This document shows, one piece after another, positions 29,176 through 37,920 of a stretch of DNA of 64,000 nucleotides (its first letter is position 1; each line of letters starts with the position of its first letter). The translations under genes and the position numbers were made by a program. Source of the DNA: Bacillota bacterium (GTDB taxonomy: Bacteria; Bacillota_I; Bacilli_A; RF39; UBA660); NCBI GenBank assembly GCA_015059285.1, contig SVAS01000003.1:2679-66678 (forward strand), in the 5' to 3' direction. The notes under the pieces were generated by a model. It saw nothing but the letters and a program-made list of their open reading frames with translations, did not search any database and was not told the origin of the DNA.

Positions 29176-30511
29176 CTTCTAGTTCTCCTTTAATAATATT
29201 TAAAAAGTGTTCATCAAGATTATGAATATTATTAAACTTTGATTCATATTTGTGATTTAGTTCCGAAGGATAGTGTTCTTTATAATATTTTAATAAATAT
29301 GGTAAATCTTCTAATTTTTGAATTAACAAACTAACAGAATATCTAACTTCCTCATAAGTTCCAACGCATTCAAATGGTTTAGTTTCACCATATCCTAAAA
29401 GTTCAATAAAGGTATTTAATAAATCTTTTCTTTCAAATAAATCTTCGCCAAATATACCAATTAATTTATCTTTATATAAAAACGGACTTAAAATAGTATA
29501 TACAAATAAACATTTAGGACAATTACAGCACCAATTCCAATTACTATTTTTACTGCCCACATTACAACTTTTAAATACTTTATGATACTTATCATATTTT
29601 GAAAATAACATTCCTATTTGAAATTCTGTTAAAGGTCTAAGTAAACTAAAATATTTAATATCTAAATTAAAATGCTTTTTTGTATATTCATTAAAATCAT
29701 TTTCAAATTCATATGTCTTTGAGTATTGATGATTGATTTTAGTTCCAATTACAGTAGCTTCATTCGCACTTGCTTCATTAGATAAAACTATATATTTTTT
29801 ATTATTAATGTATGCGGTTAAATAAGTAATAAATGCTACTAAAGAACTAAAAGGAGTATGCCCATTTAAATATCCTTTTTTATTTAATTCAATAAGTTTT
29901 GGATCAATAGTCCTTTTTACTATTTTAATATTATTTTCATTATACCCCGAAACTTTCGCACATTCTAAATTAGTTTCTTTAGGGTTTAAAATAAAGCAAT
30001 CATTATTTTCTTCATTTTTTAATAGTTCCAAAGTAACAACAGAATCCTTTCCACCACCTATAGGAATTAAATTACCTATTCCTTTAAATGAAGATGGACC
30101 TAATTCTAATTCTTCACCTTCTATTTGAAAATTAAATAAATTATCTTCTTCAATAGAAATGTTATTTACATATAAAAATTCACCTAAACCATAATAATAT
30201 AACTTTTTAAACCAATTTATTTGTTCTTTATCTAAATAACCAGCTTTTATAACTATATTAGGACTACAAGTACATTTAATATAACTAATTACTTCAATTA
30301 AACCAATATGAAAAATTAATGTCTTTAAATAATTATCTTCTAAATTTAAATCATTATTAGCTTTTATTTCTAAAGTTGGAGTAAAACTTTCTAAATTAGG
30401 AATATCAAAAAAATATTTAATCTTTAATTTATTATCTTCTATTTTATATTCATACTTTTCATAAATAAAAGTTGGATATAATTTTCTTAAATCTGAAAAA
30501 TTCTTATTCAT
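29165..30511 (-). CDS. PP-loop-like ATP pyrophosphatase family protein, candidate MurL-type epimerase
   Basis: 448 aa. IPIGGGKDSVVTLELL resembles the SGGxDS PP-loop. A Cys cluster CNVGS...WCCNCPKC is present. The gene is translationally coupled to the MurD-type ligase. Confidence 0.45.
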   Translation of the reverse strand: MNKNFSDLRKLYPTFIYEKYEYKIEDNKLKIKYFFDIPNLESFTPTLEIKANNDLNLEDNYLKTLIFHIGLIEVISYIKCTCSPNIVIKAGYLDKEQINWFKKLYYYGLGEFLYVNNISIEEDNLFNFQIEGEELELGPSSFKGIGNLIPIGGGKDSVVTLELLKNEENNDCFILNPKETNLECAKVSGYNENNIKIVKRTIDPKLIELNKKGYLNGHTPFSSLVAFITYLTAYINNKKYIVLSNEASANEATVIGTKINHQYSKTYEFENDFNEYTKKHFNLDIKYFSLLRPLTEFQIGMLFSKYDKYHKVFKSCNVGSKNSNWNWCCNCPKCLFVYTILSPFLYKDKLIGIFGEDLFERKDLLNTFIELLGYGETKPFECVGTYEEVRYSVSLLIQKLEDLPYLLKYYKEHYPSELNHKYESKFNNIHNLDEHFLNIIKGELEDVS

Positions 30512-30592
30512 ACAATCACCATCTATAAATTATACTTAATTAATTATAATTTATATTATTATACCATATTTTAATTATATTTTTTAATACAT

Positions 30593-30616
30593 AATAAAAA
30601 GATGGTTAAACCATCT
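30593..30616 (-). terminator. Terminator after the GT4 gene (copy 1 of an identical 24-nt element)
   Basis: aataaaaagatggttaaaccatct. Stem gatggtt/aaccatc, with the minus strand followed by TTTTTATT. Confidence 0.7.
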
Positions 30617-30620
30617 ATAT

Positions 30621-31796
30621 TTATTTATTTTTTTCTTCTATTGATTTTAAATATTCATCACATGTGATATTTGCAATTTGTTCCCAACTAATTCCAAGTG
30701 TTTTTTGAGCATTTATAGAAACTTTTTTTAATAAGTCTTTATTATTAATTATTTCTTTTATTCTATTTTTATATTTCACTTCATCTAATTCTGAAAGAAA
30801 ACCATTTTTACTATCTTCAATTGTTTTACCAACCATACTATCTTTAATAAATAATCCTGGAGTTTTATTGACAGCTGCTTCAATGCGTACCAAACTAGAT
30901 GTATCCATTAAAGACGGAAATAATAATAAATCAGCTCTTGCATAAATAGATGATAACACCAATCTATCTTCAATTCTACCAGTTAAAATAATATCCTTTT
31001 CCATATGGTATTGTTTTATTTTAGTTTTTAATCTATCTTCATCTGGCCCACTACCTACATATAACATTTTAAATTTAATATTATCTTCTTTTAACAGTTT
31101 TAATGCATCTAATATAAAAAATATATTTTTATAATCTATTATTCTACCCACATATAATAAAACTATATCTTTATTTTCTAATTTATAGATCTTATTAGTT
31201 GCCTCTAAATTATGTTTTACATCTTCTAAGGGACGTAAATCTGTTCCATTATGTATTACTACTGGTTCATACTTGTAACCATATTTTTTTATATCATCTG
31301 TAAGTGGTTCATTAACTACTATACATTTGTCACACTTATTAAAAACATTTATTATAAATTTCATTACTTTATTAACAAGCCATTTTTGATTAGTAATTCT
31401 TTTAATATCAAATTCAAATCTAGTATGAACGGTTCCAATACAAGGTATATTTAAATCATGCGCTAATTTAATACCTAATTTACCCATTGTAAAAGGTGAA
31501 TGAATATGAATAACATCAAACCTTTCATTTAAAAGTTCTTTATATATTTTAGATTTTTTTCTAGGCATCAAACCTAATCTATGTTCTGTATAAGGAATTT
31601 TTATACTATCTATTCTTATAATTTTATATTCTTTTTTATAATCTTCTTTATATGTTTTTGTGTAAGGGACTACAACTGTTACATCATGATATCTTGCTAA
31701 CGCGCGAGCTAAACTATCTATTACAACAACAACCCCATCTATAGCAGGATAAAAACTATCCATAAATATACCTATCTTTAATCTTTTTTTCTTCAT
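30621..31796 (-). CDS. GT-B family 4 glycosyltransferase, probably a diacylglycerol glycosyltransferase (glycolipid synthase)
   Basis: N-terminus IGIFMDSFYPAIDGVVVVI is typical of MGlcDAG-synthase-like GT4 enzymes. The C-terminal region is EX7E-like (RIEAAVNKTPGL). Confidence 0.7.
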   Translation of the reverse strand: MKKKRLKIGIFMDSFYPAIDGVVVVIDSLARALARYHDVTVVVPYTKTYKEDYKKEYKIIRIDSIKIPYTEHRLGLMPRKKSKIYKELLNERFDVIHIHSPFTMGKLGIKLAHDLNIPCIGTVHTRFEFDIKRITNQKWLVNKVMKFIINVFNKCDKCIVVNEPLTDDIKKYGYKYEPVVIHNGTDLRPLEDVKHNLEATNKIYKLENKDIVLLYVGRIIDYKNIFFILDALKLLKEDNIKFKMLYVGSGPDEDRLKTKIKQYHMEKDIILTGRIEDRLVLSSIYARADLLLFPSLMDTSSLVRIEAAVNKTPGLFIKDSMVGKTIEDSKNGFLSELDEVKYKNRIKEIINNKDLLKKVSINAQKTLGISWEQIANITCDEYLKSIEEKNK

Positions 31797-31894
31797 ATGA
31801 TCACCTACTTTATATGTTATTTTTACGAAATCAATAATATTATAACATACGATGTAACCAAATACTACTATAACAAAATTTTAAAATATTATTA

Positions 31895-31918
31895 AATAAA
31901 AAGATGGTTAAACCATCT
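31895..31918 (-). terminator. Terminator after the aph-like gene (copy 2 of the identical 24-nt element)
   Basis: The same 24 nt as 30593-30616. It overlaps the aph stop codon and ends the long operon. Confidence 0.7.
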
Positions 31919-32703
31919 TATAAATATAATTGCATCATTAATAAATAATATTCTATTTTATGATAATCTGGAATTATTCCTAACTCTTCATAAAATTTTT
32001 CAACATATTCTTTACCAAAGTTTCTAACAATTGATTTTTGACAAATAGCAAGGTCAAACCATTTATCAGCAATACCACATTCACCTACATCAATAAATCC
32101 TGAAAAATTATCATTTAAACAAAATATATTAGGTAAACTAGTGTCTCCATGTGAAAAAACTAGTTCTTCTTCAAATCTATTATCATCTAAATATTTAATA
32201 ATTTCTTCTAATGAATTAAATTTGTCTTTTACAGCTTCTGGTAACTCGTTATAATTAATTAAACCTTCTTTAACATTAGTTTTTACTAAATTAAGTTTAT
32301 AATCTAAAGCTACATTCATAGGACAATTAGAAATATCTACACTAGTAATTTTTTTAAATGCTTGGGCTATTATTTTAATACCTAAATTTGGATTTTCTAA
32401 CATATTTTTAGAACAAACCATTTCACCTAAAATAGCTTCTGTAATTAAAAATTCAGTACTATTATCTACATCATAAAGAACTACTTTAGGAACTTCAAGT
32501 TTTCCTTCAAGCCATTTTAAAGCATTATATTCTTTTGTAAGTAAGCCTTCACTTGCCATTTTAATAAAAAATATTTCATTGTTTTTTTTTATTTCAAAAA
32601 CTTGAGAATCAGAACATCCAATTCCTATTTCTTTTAATTCAGCGTTTTTTAAAAAGTTCTCTACTTTACTACTTAATTTATAATTAAATTTCATGACTAT
32701 CAT
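31918..32703 (-). CDS. Aminoglycoside 3'-phosphotransferase family kinase (APH(3')-III-like)
   Basis: Collinear matches to my recollection of APH(3')-IIIa: WLEGKLEVPKV, SVDISNCP, EEELVFSHGD..NIF, SGFIDVGECGIADKWFDLA, LGIIPDYHKIEYY. Confidence 0.85.
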   Translation of the reverse strand: MIVMKFNYKLSSKVENFLKNAELKEIGIGCSDSQVFEIKKNNEIFFIKMASEGLLTKEYNALKWLEGKLEVPKVVLYDVDNSTEFLITEAILGEMVCSKNMLENPNLGIKIIAQAFKKITSVDISNCPMNVALDYKLNLVKTNVKEGLINYNELPEAVKDKFNSLEEIIKYLDDNRFEEELVFSHGDTSLPNIFCLNDNFSGFIDVGECGIADKWFDLAICQKSIVRNFGKEYVEKFYEELGIIPDYHKIEYYLLMMQLYL

Positions 32704-32704
32704 C

Positions 32705-34357
32705 CTATCTTTTTCTATCTGAAGGAGTATTAGTTAATCTTTTTTGTTTACTTTCTTTAAAGTAATCATAATTTCCTAAATATTGAACAATTTGTTCTTC
32801 TTCAATATTAACTACTCTTTGAGCAAGTTTATTAATAAAATATCTATCATGAGATATAAAGAATAATGTACCTTTATATTCATTTAAAGCTTCTTCTAAT
32901 ATTTCTTTTGTATCAATATCTATATGGTTAGTAGGTTCATCTAGTATTAATAGATTAGCCTTCTTTTGAATTAATTCAAATAATTTTAATCTTACTTTTT
33001 CTCCACCTGATAATGTACCAACTCTTTTAAATACATTTTCACCATAGAATAAGAATTTGGCTAGAGTAGCTCTAAGACGAGTTTCATCACCATCAAATAC
33101 TTTTCTAGCTGTATCTAATATAGTAGCTTTATCATCTTCAAATTTTATTTCTTGAGGAATATAACCGATACTTACATTACTTCCTACTTTAATTGTTCCT
33201 TGACTTATATTATCTCCATTTAATATAGCTTTAATTAAAGTTGACTTACCTGTTCCATTTTTACCCATCATACATACTTTTTCGCCATATTTAAGGCTCA
33301 TTGAAGCTCCATCAAATAAAACTCTATCGCCTAATATAATACCTAAATCATCGATAACTAAAACATCGTTCCCAGATCTTCCTTTTATTTCAAAATCAAG
33401 AGGAATTTGTTTTTTACTATCTGGTCTATCCAAAATTTCCATTTTTTCTAGTTTTCTTTCAATACAAGCAGCTCTTCTAAAAAATCTAGGGTTATCTCCA
33501 CGTTCTCCCCATTCTTTTAATTTTTTAACAGCAGCTTTCATTGCTTCAATTTGTTTTTGTTGTGTTTTATATTCTTCAAATTCCGCTAAAGCTCTTCTTT
33601 CACTTTCTTCTAAATAATAAGAATAGTTTCCATGATAAACTTCAGCTTTCCCTTTATCCATTAAAACTGTTTTAGTGGCTACTTTATCTAAAAAATATCT
33701 ATCATGTGAACTAATAATAATTGTTCCTTTATAATTTGATAAAAATTGTTCAAACCATTCTAATGTGTCTATATCTAAGTGATTAGTGGGTTCATCTAAA
33801 AGTAATATATCAGGATTACTAATAATAAGTGAAGCTAAATTAACAATTGTTTTTTCTCCACCTGATAATGTATTAAAATATCTATCTAACATATTATCAT
33901 TTATTTTAAATCCTCTACAAATTTTACTTACTTGTTCATCTATTTCATATCCGCCCATCATAGCAAATTTTTCTTGTAATTGTCCATAACTTTTAAGAAT
34001 AGAATCTAATTTAGATGGATCAATATTCGCCATCTTTTGTTCATATTCTCTTAATTTTTTTTCTATTTCAAAAATTTCTTTAAAACTACTAAGTAATATA
34101 TCTCTTACTGTACAATCATCAGTTACTTTAGGAGGCATTTGTGAAAGCATTCCAATAGTTGCGCCTTTACGAGTTGCAACCATTCCTTTACTTACTGTTT
34201 CTTTACCTATAATTACATTAAATAAAGTAGTCTTACCACAACCATTAGGACCTATTAAAGCTATTCTTTCCCCTGTATTTGCTTCCAAATCAAATTCATC
34301 TAAAACATTTTTAAAACCAAAACTTTTTACAGCTTTATTTACACTAATATCTATCAT
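32705..34357 (-). CDS. ABC-F family ATPase (no membrane domain), candidate ribosome-protection protein
   Basis: Two NBDs (GPNGCGKTT, GKNGTGKST; LSGGEK twice; LLLDEPTNHLD/LILDEPTNHID) joined by a charged helical linker. The ATG at 34357 is preceded by GAGGTGAG. Confidence 0.88.
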   Translation of the reverse strand: MIDISVNKAVKSFGFKNVLDEFDLEANTGERIALIGPNGCGKTTLFNVIIGKETVSKGMVATRKGATIGMLSQMPPKVTDDCTVRDILLSSFKEIFEIEKKLREYEQKMANIDPSKLDSILKSYGQLQEKFAMMGGYEIDEQVSKICRGFKINDNMLDRYFNTLSGGEKTIVNLASLIISNPDILLLDEPTNHLDIDTLEWFEQFLSNYKGTIIISSHDRYFLDKVATKTVLMDKGKAEVYHGNYSYYLEESERRALAEFEEYKTQQKQIEAMKAAVKKLKEWGERGDNPRFFRRAACIERKLEKMEILDRPDSKKQIPLDFEIKGRSGNDVLVIDDLGIILGDRVLFDGASMSLKYGEKVCMMGKNGTGKSTLIKAILNGDNISQGTIKVGSNVSIGYIPQEIKFEDDKATILDTARKVFDGDETRLRATLAKFLFYGENVFKRVGTLSGGEKVRLKLFELIQKKANLLILDEPTNHIDIDTKEILEEALNEYKGTLFFISHDRYFINKLAQRVVNIEEEQIVQYLGNYDYFKESKQKRLTNTPSDRKR

Positions 34358-34399
34358 TTTCTCACCTCGCATCAAATGAAATTCAAATTAAACAAGCAT

Positions 34400-34408
34400 A
34401 TTATAACA
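34400..34408 (-). promoter_or_regulatory. Possible extended -10 promoter (TGTTATAAT) upstream of the ABC-F/APH pair
   Basis: The minus-strand TGnTATAAT element lies in the 54-nt gap between the DegT-like gene and the ABC-F start. No good -35 is present. Confidence 0.3.
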
Positions 34409-34411
34409 CAA

Positions 34412-35452
34412 TTATTTATCTTTTTCTATGGTGTCAAATATTTTTTGTAAATTCTTTATTTGCTTATTTATTTTTACATTTCTAGTTCTAAGTAATATAA
34501 CCTGTTTATCACTGTTTTTTAAGTTATATATTTTACTATTTTTTAAACTTGGTAATCCATAATTAGGAACTTTATGTTTTTGTTGATATTCTAATTTATA
34601 TAATTTAGAAAGACTTATAAATTTATTATAACTATCGCGATCCAAAAGAATAGGGAAACGATGCCATACATTAGAATATATATTATCTTTAGTTGCAATC
34701 ATTTCGATATTTCTATTTTTTAATTCTATAAAGTACTTAAATGCATTTTTTCTTTGTTCTTTAACTACTTTATTACCTATTTTTATAAGTTTTTTCAAAT
34801 TAATTTTATGACAAAGTGGATATAAATAAGAATATATTAAATTATTTTGTAATCTACTTTCATTATCACAAAAATCAAAGTATTTATAATATTCTTTATT
34901 ATTAAAAAACATACCCCCACCAATTCCATAACTTAGTGGTTTAGTGTGTCCAAAAGAAGTTACGACTATATCAGCATCTTGGCATTTTAAAATATTCCAC
35001 GATTGTGCTATATCTTCAATTATTTTAATACCCATTTTTTTATACTTTTTTTTATCTAAGTTATGTAGTATACCGTACTGATGAACTAACAAAATGCAGT
35101 CTATTTTTTGCTTTTTTATTACTTCAGAAATTTCTTCATCTGTTAATATTAAGTTATCTTTAGGTACAACAATAATAGGATTATAATTTAACTTTTTAAT
35201 TGTACTCATAATAGAATAACATACTTCTGAAGAAACCAATATATTGGCTTTTTCTTCTAAATTTAAACATTTAAAAGCAAGTTCAATTGCAAGTGTTCCA
35301 GAATATGTTATTACTCCATACTTCTTATTAAAATATTTAGCTAAAGCATTACCTAATTTTTGATTACTTTTTCTCACTTTTTCCACTCCTTCATTTTTTA
35401 CAATGAAATACATGTTTATGTTCAAAACCTGGTGCTCCATACCCATCATCAA
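34412..35452 (-). CDS. DegT/DnrJ/EryC1/StrS-like PLP enzyme (short form)
   Basis: YSGTLAIELAF, IIEDIAQSW and VVTSFGHTKPL (candidate PLP lysine) in family order. The N-terminus is shortened and the start is uncertain (35452 or the Met at 35413). It overlaps the upstream methyltransferase gene. Confidence 0.65.
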   Translation of the reverse strand: MMMGMEHQVLNINMYFIVKNEGVEKVRKSNQKLGNALAKYFNKKYGVITYSGTLAIELAFKCLNLEEKANILVSSEVCYSIMSTIKKLNYNPIIVVPKDNLILTDEEISEVIKKQKIDCILLVHQYGILHNLDKKKYKKMGIKIIEDIAQSWNILKCQDADIVVTSFGHTKPLSYGIGGGMFFNNKEYYKYFDFCDNESRLQNNLIYSYLYPLCHKINLKKLIKIGNKVVKEQRKNAFKYFIELKNRNIEMIATKDNIYSNVWHRFPILLDRDSYNKFISLSKLYKLEYQQKHKVPNYGLPSLKNSKIYNLKNSDKQVILLRTRNVKINKQIKNLQKIFDTIEKDK

Positions 35453-36110
35453 TTTTTAATATTGATAATAAATTATTTAAAGTATTTAAAACAAAATACT
35501 CATCATAATATAAATATTTTTCTTTTTCTATCACTATCTTTTGACTATTTACTAAGTGATATTTAATTATAAATTCTATATAATTACTTTTTCTTATAGA
35601 AGTATAATAAACTTCTACTTGTTCTTTTAATTCACTATGTTCTTTCGTAAATAGTAATTGTTCTTTGATTTCTGGTTTTTTATTAAAACTTTCGGATAAA
35701 TCAAATAAAACAATTGTTTTTTCGTTACATATCTTATAGATTTGTTTAATCATTTCTATGAATTTATTTTTATCACCAGAAAACTGTAAAGTACTATAAG
35801 GAACTATAATTAAATCAAAATCTTTTTTTATAGGATTATAATTTATAAAATCACAACATACTACATTAATATTACTAGTTTTCTTTTTTAAAAGATTTAA
35901 TCTTTCTAAATCCATATCTAACGCTGTAACTTGAGCATACTTGCTTAAAGGAATAGCAACTCTTCCGGTACCTGCTCCTATAATAAGTACATTCTTTGCC
36001 TTATAAAATTTCATTTGTTTTATATAATAATTAATGTCATCATTTTGACCTCTTAAAGTACATTCATTATAAAAATCATACATAAGAGCTAATAATTCAT
36101 TATCATTCAT
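35391..36110 (-). CDS. Class I SAM-dependent methyltransferase
   Basis: Motif I VLIIGAGTGRVAIPL and post-I LDMD. The ATG at 36110 preceded by AGGGGT is preferred over the start at 36137. Confidence 0.8.
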   Translation of the reverse strand: MNDNELLALMYDFYNECTLRGQNDDINYYIKQMKFYKAKNVLIIGAGTGRVAIPLSKYAQVTALDMDLERLNLLKKKTSNINVVCCDFINYNPIKKDFDLIIVPYSTLQFSGDKNKFIEMIKQIYKICNEKTIVLFDLSESFNKKPEIKEQLLFTKEHSELKEQVEVYYTSIRKSNYIEFIIKYHLVNSQKIVIEKEKYLYYDEYFVLNTLNNLLSILKIDDGYGAPGFEHKHVFHCKK

Positions 36111-36117
36111 AATACCC

Positions 36118-37080
36118 CTACTTTTCTCCATAATCATATAAATTTAAATAAGGTTTATTTTCTTTATTCCAATGCATATTATAAAATCTACTTTGATAAG
36201 TTCCGAAAGAAATATTAAAGTCTTCTATACTTTCAAATACAGAACCTTCAAAATCTACATATTTAACAATATCATTTTCAATAAAAAACTTAAATATTTG
36301 ATGATATAAAAACGCTATAGCAACATCATCTTGTTTTTCTTCATAATATGAATAAAGTATATAGGCTGTTTTTTTGTCCCATGCCATATGAACTCCGCCT
36401 ACGACTTTACCATTTTCTAAAGCTACAAAACACATTCCACGATTATGTTTAATAGTTTTTCTAATATAATCTTTAACATCTAATGCAGTAGATTCATAAT
36501 TATATTTTGCTTCCCATTTCATAGCTTTATTAGTATCAAAATATTTAATATCTTTATCAACTACAAACTCATAATTTCTCTTTATTGCTCTTTTTATATC
36601 TTTTTTTCTATCGCTACCATAATTTTTAAAAATTTCTTCTATTCCTTTAGATAAATCTAATTTATAAGTATATCTAACTTCTGGAGTAAAATTATTTCTA
36701 ATAAATGGCATAATATCAATAATTTCATTATCTATAGAAAAATCCGCACTCTCAAAATTTTCTTTAATAAATTTACACAATACTTTTTCTACATTTCTAA
36801 TATATCTTATTTTATTACGATTTTCTTTAGGCAAATTAAATATAACAGGTCCACCATAAGGAATATACATAGTACTTTGAAAAATAATTTTAGAATTTCC
36901 AGAATTAAAATAAGGCATAAATCCTTGTAATTCATTTTTATCATTTAATATTTTTAAAATTTTATTACTATTTTTAAACTTCAAAAACCAAGAATAAGCA
37001 AAACAAGTTCCATTAAAACTATTATCTATAAGCTCATCTATATTTTTAAGTTCTTCTATATTTCCAAATTCTATATGCAT
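36118..37080 (-). CDS. FemAB/Acetyltransf_6-like GNAT-fold acyl or aminoacyl transferase
   Basis: 320 aa. The pattern ...RKKDIKRAIKRNYEFV..., CFVALENGKVVGGVHMAWD and VDFEGS...FNISFG resembles FemX/CelD-like two-lobe GNAT proteins. Confidence 0.55.
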   Translation of the reverse strand: MHIEFGNIEELKNIDELIDNSFNGTCFAYSWFLKFKNSNKILKILNDKNELQGFMPYFNSGNSKIIFQSTMYIPYGGPVIFNLPKENRNKIRYIRNVEKVLCKFIKENFESADFSIDNEIIDIMPFIRNNFTPEVRYTYKLDLSKGIEEIFKNYGSDRKKDIKRAIKRNYEFVVDKDIKYFDTNKAMKWEAKYNYESTALDVKDYIRKTIKHNRGMCFVALENGKVVGGVHMAWDKKTAYILYSYYEEKQDDVAIAFLYHQIFKFFIENDIVKYVDFEGSVFESIEDFNISFGTYQSRFYNMHWNKENKPYLNLYDYGEK

Positions 37081-37083
37081 AAA

Positions 37084-37920
37084 TTACTCCTTTGAAATTA
37101 TTATATGACATCTTTTTATTTCATTATTTTTTAAATCATCATATGTCTTATTTCTTCTTCCCCAAAAATCTAAACTCAAAATACTAGAAACACTATATAA
37201 ATATTCAATATGATTAAATAAGCAAAAAAATCCAGCACATTCTTTTCTACCTTCATACGAAGAACCCCATTTTACATTAAACCAAGTGTCTTTATTTTTA
37301 AACATTAAAGTATACCCTAAAGGAATACCTTTTTTATAAATAACTTGTAAGCTTGTTTCTAAAGGATTATTTAATAACATTGGAAGGTACTGTAAATCTT
37401 CCCTATCCAAACTTTTCATATCTGAATTTTCTTCCCTTTTCCAAGAGTTATAATCAATTACTAATACATCTTTCCATAATCTTAAAACATCTTCATTTTT
37501 AGAATTTTTTATTTGAAATTTTTCTTTATTTTTTATATATTTCTTATAATTCTTTTTAATTTGATTAGAACTTAACGTATCAATATAAACATTTAAAGGT
37601 GTATTTAAATCTAATAAAGGAGAATCCCAACAATCAAGCTCTTCAAATTTAAAGTTATTTTTTCTTGCCCAAATTTTTAATCTTTCAATACTTTCTTGAT
37701 TATCAAAGTAACTAAATCTTACTTTTTTATTATTTTCTATTTCCTTTTTAATTTGTTCTAAGACTTTTTCACTTATATTAAAGTTAAAGAAGTTTTGGCA
37801 CTTTAAAATACTCTTATCTTCATAAAAATATAAATTATCATATACTTTTATTTTATCTATATCATATCTTATATATAATGCATTTATCCAATCAGAACTC
37901 ATCGTAAAATTAAAGTTCAT
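37084..37920 (-). CDS. Acetyltransf_6 (CelD/BioF2-like) GNAT-fold transferase
   Basis: 278 aa. The C-terminal YKKGIPLGYTLMF...SLDFWGRRNKTYDDLK resembles the PF13480-type D-x-G-x-G...YK signature. Confidence 0.5.
   Translation of the reverse strand: MNFNFTMSSDWINALYIRYDIDKIKVYDNLYFYEDKSILKCQNFFNFNISEKVLEQIKKEIENNKKVRFSYFDNQESIERLKIWARKNNFKFEELDCWDSPLLDLNTPLNVYIDTLSSNQIKKNYKKYIKNKEKFQIKNSKNEDVLRLWKDVLVIDYNSWKREENSDMKSLDREDLQYLPMLLNNPLETSLQVIYKKGIPLGYTLMFKNKDTWFNVKWGSSYEGRKECAGFFCLFNHIEYLYSVSSILSLDFWGRRNKTYDDLKNNEIKRCHIIISKE

Noticed and set aside
30593-31918. The two identical 24-nt elements as attL/attR of a mobile unit carrying the glycosyltransferase gene.
   Set aside because: Each copy is a functional-looking terminator hairpin placed exactly at a stop codon, and no recombinase is nearby. 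The enclosed gene looks like an ordinary membrane glycolipid synthase. It is reported as a curiosity, not as a mobile element.
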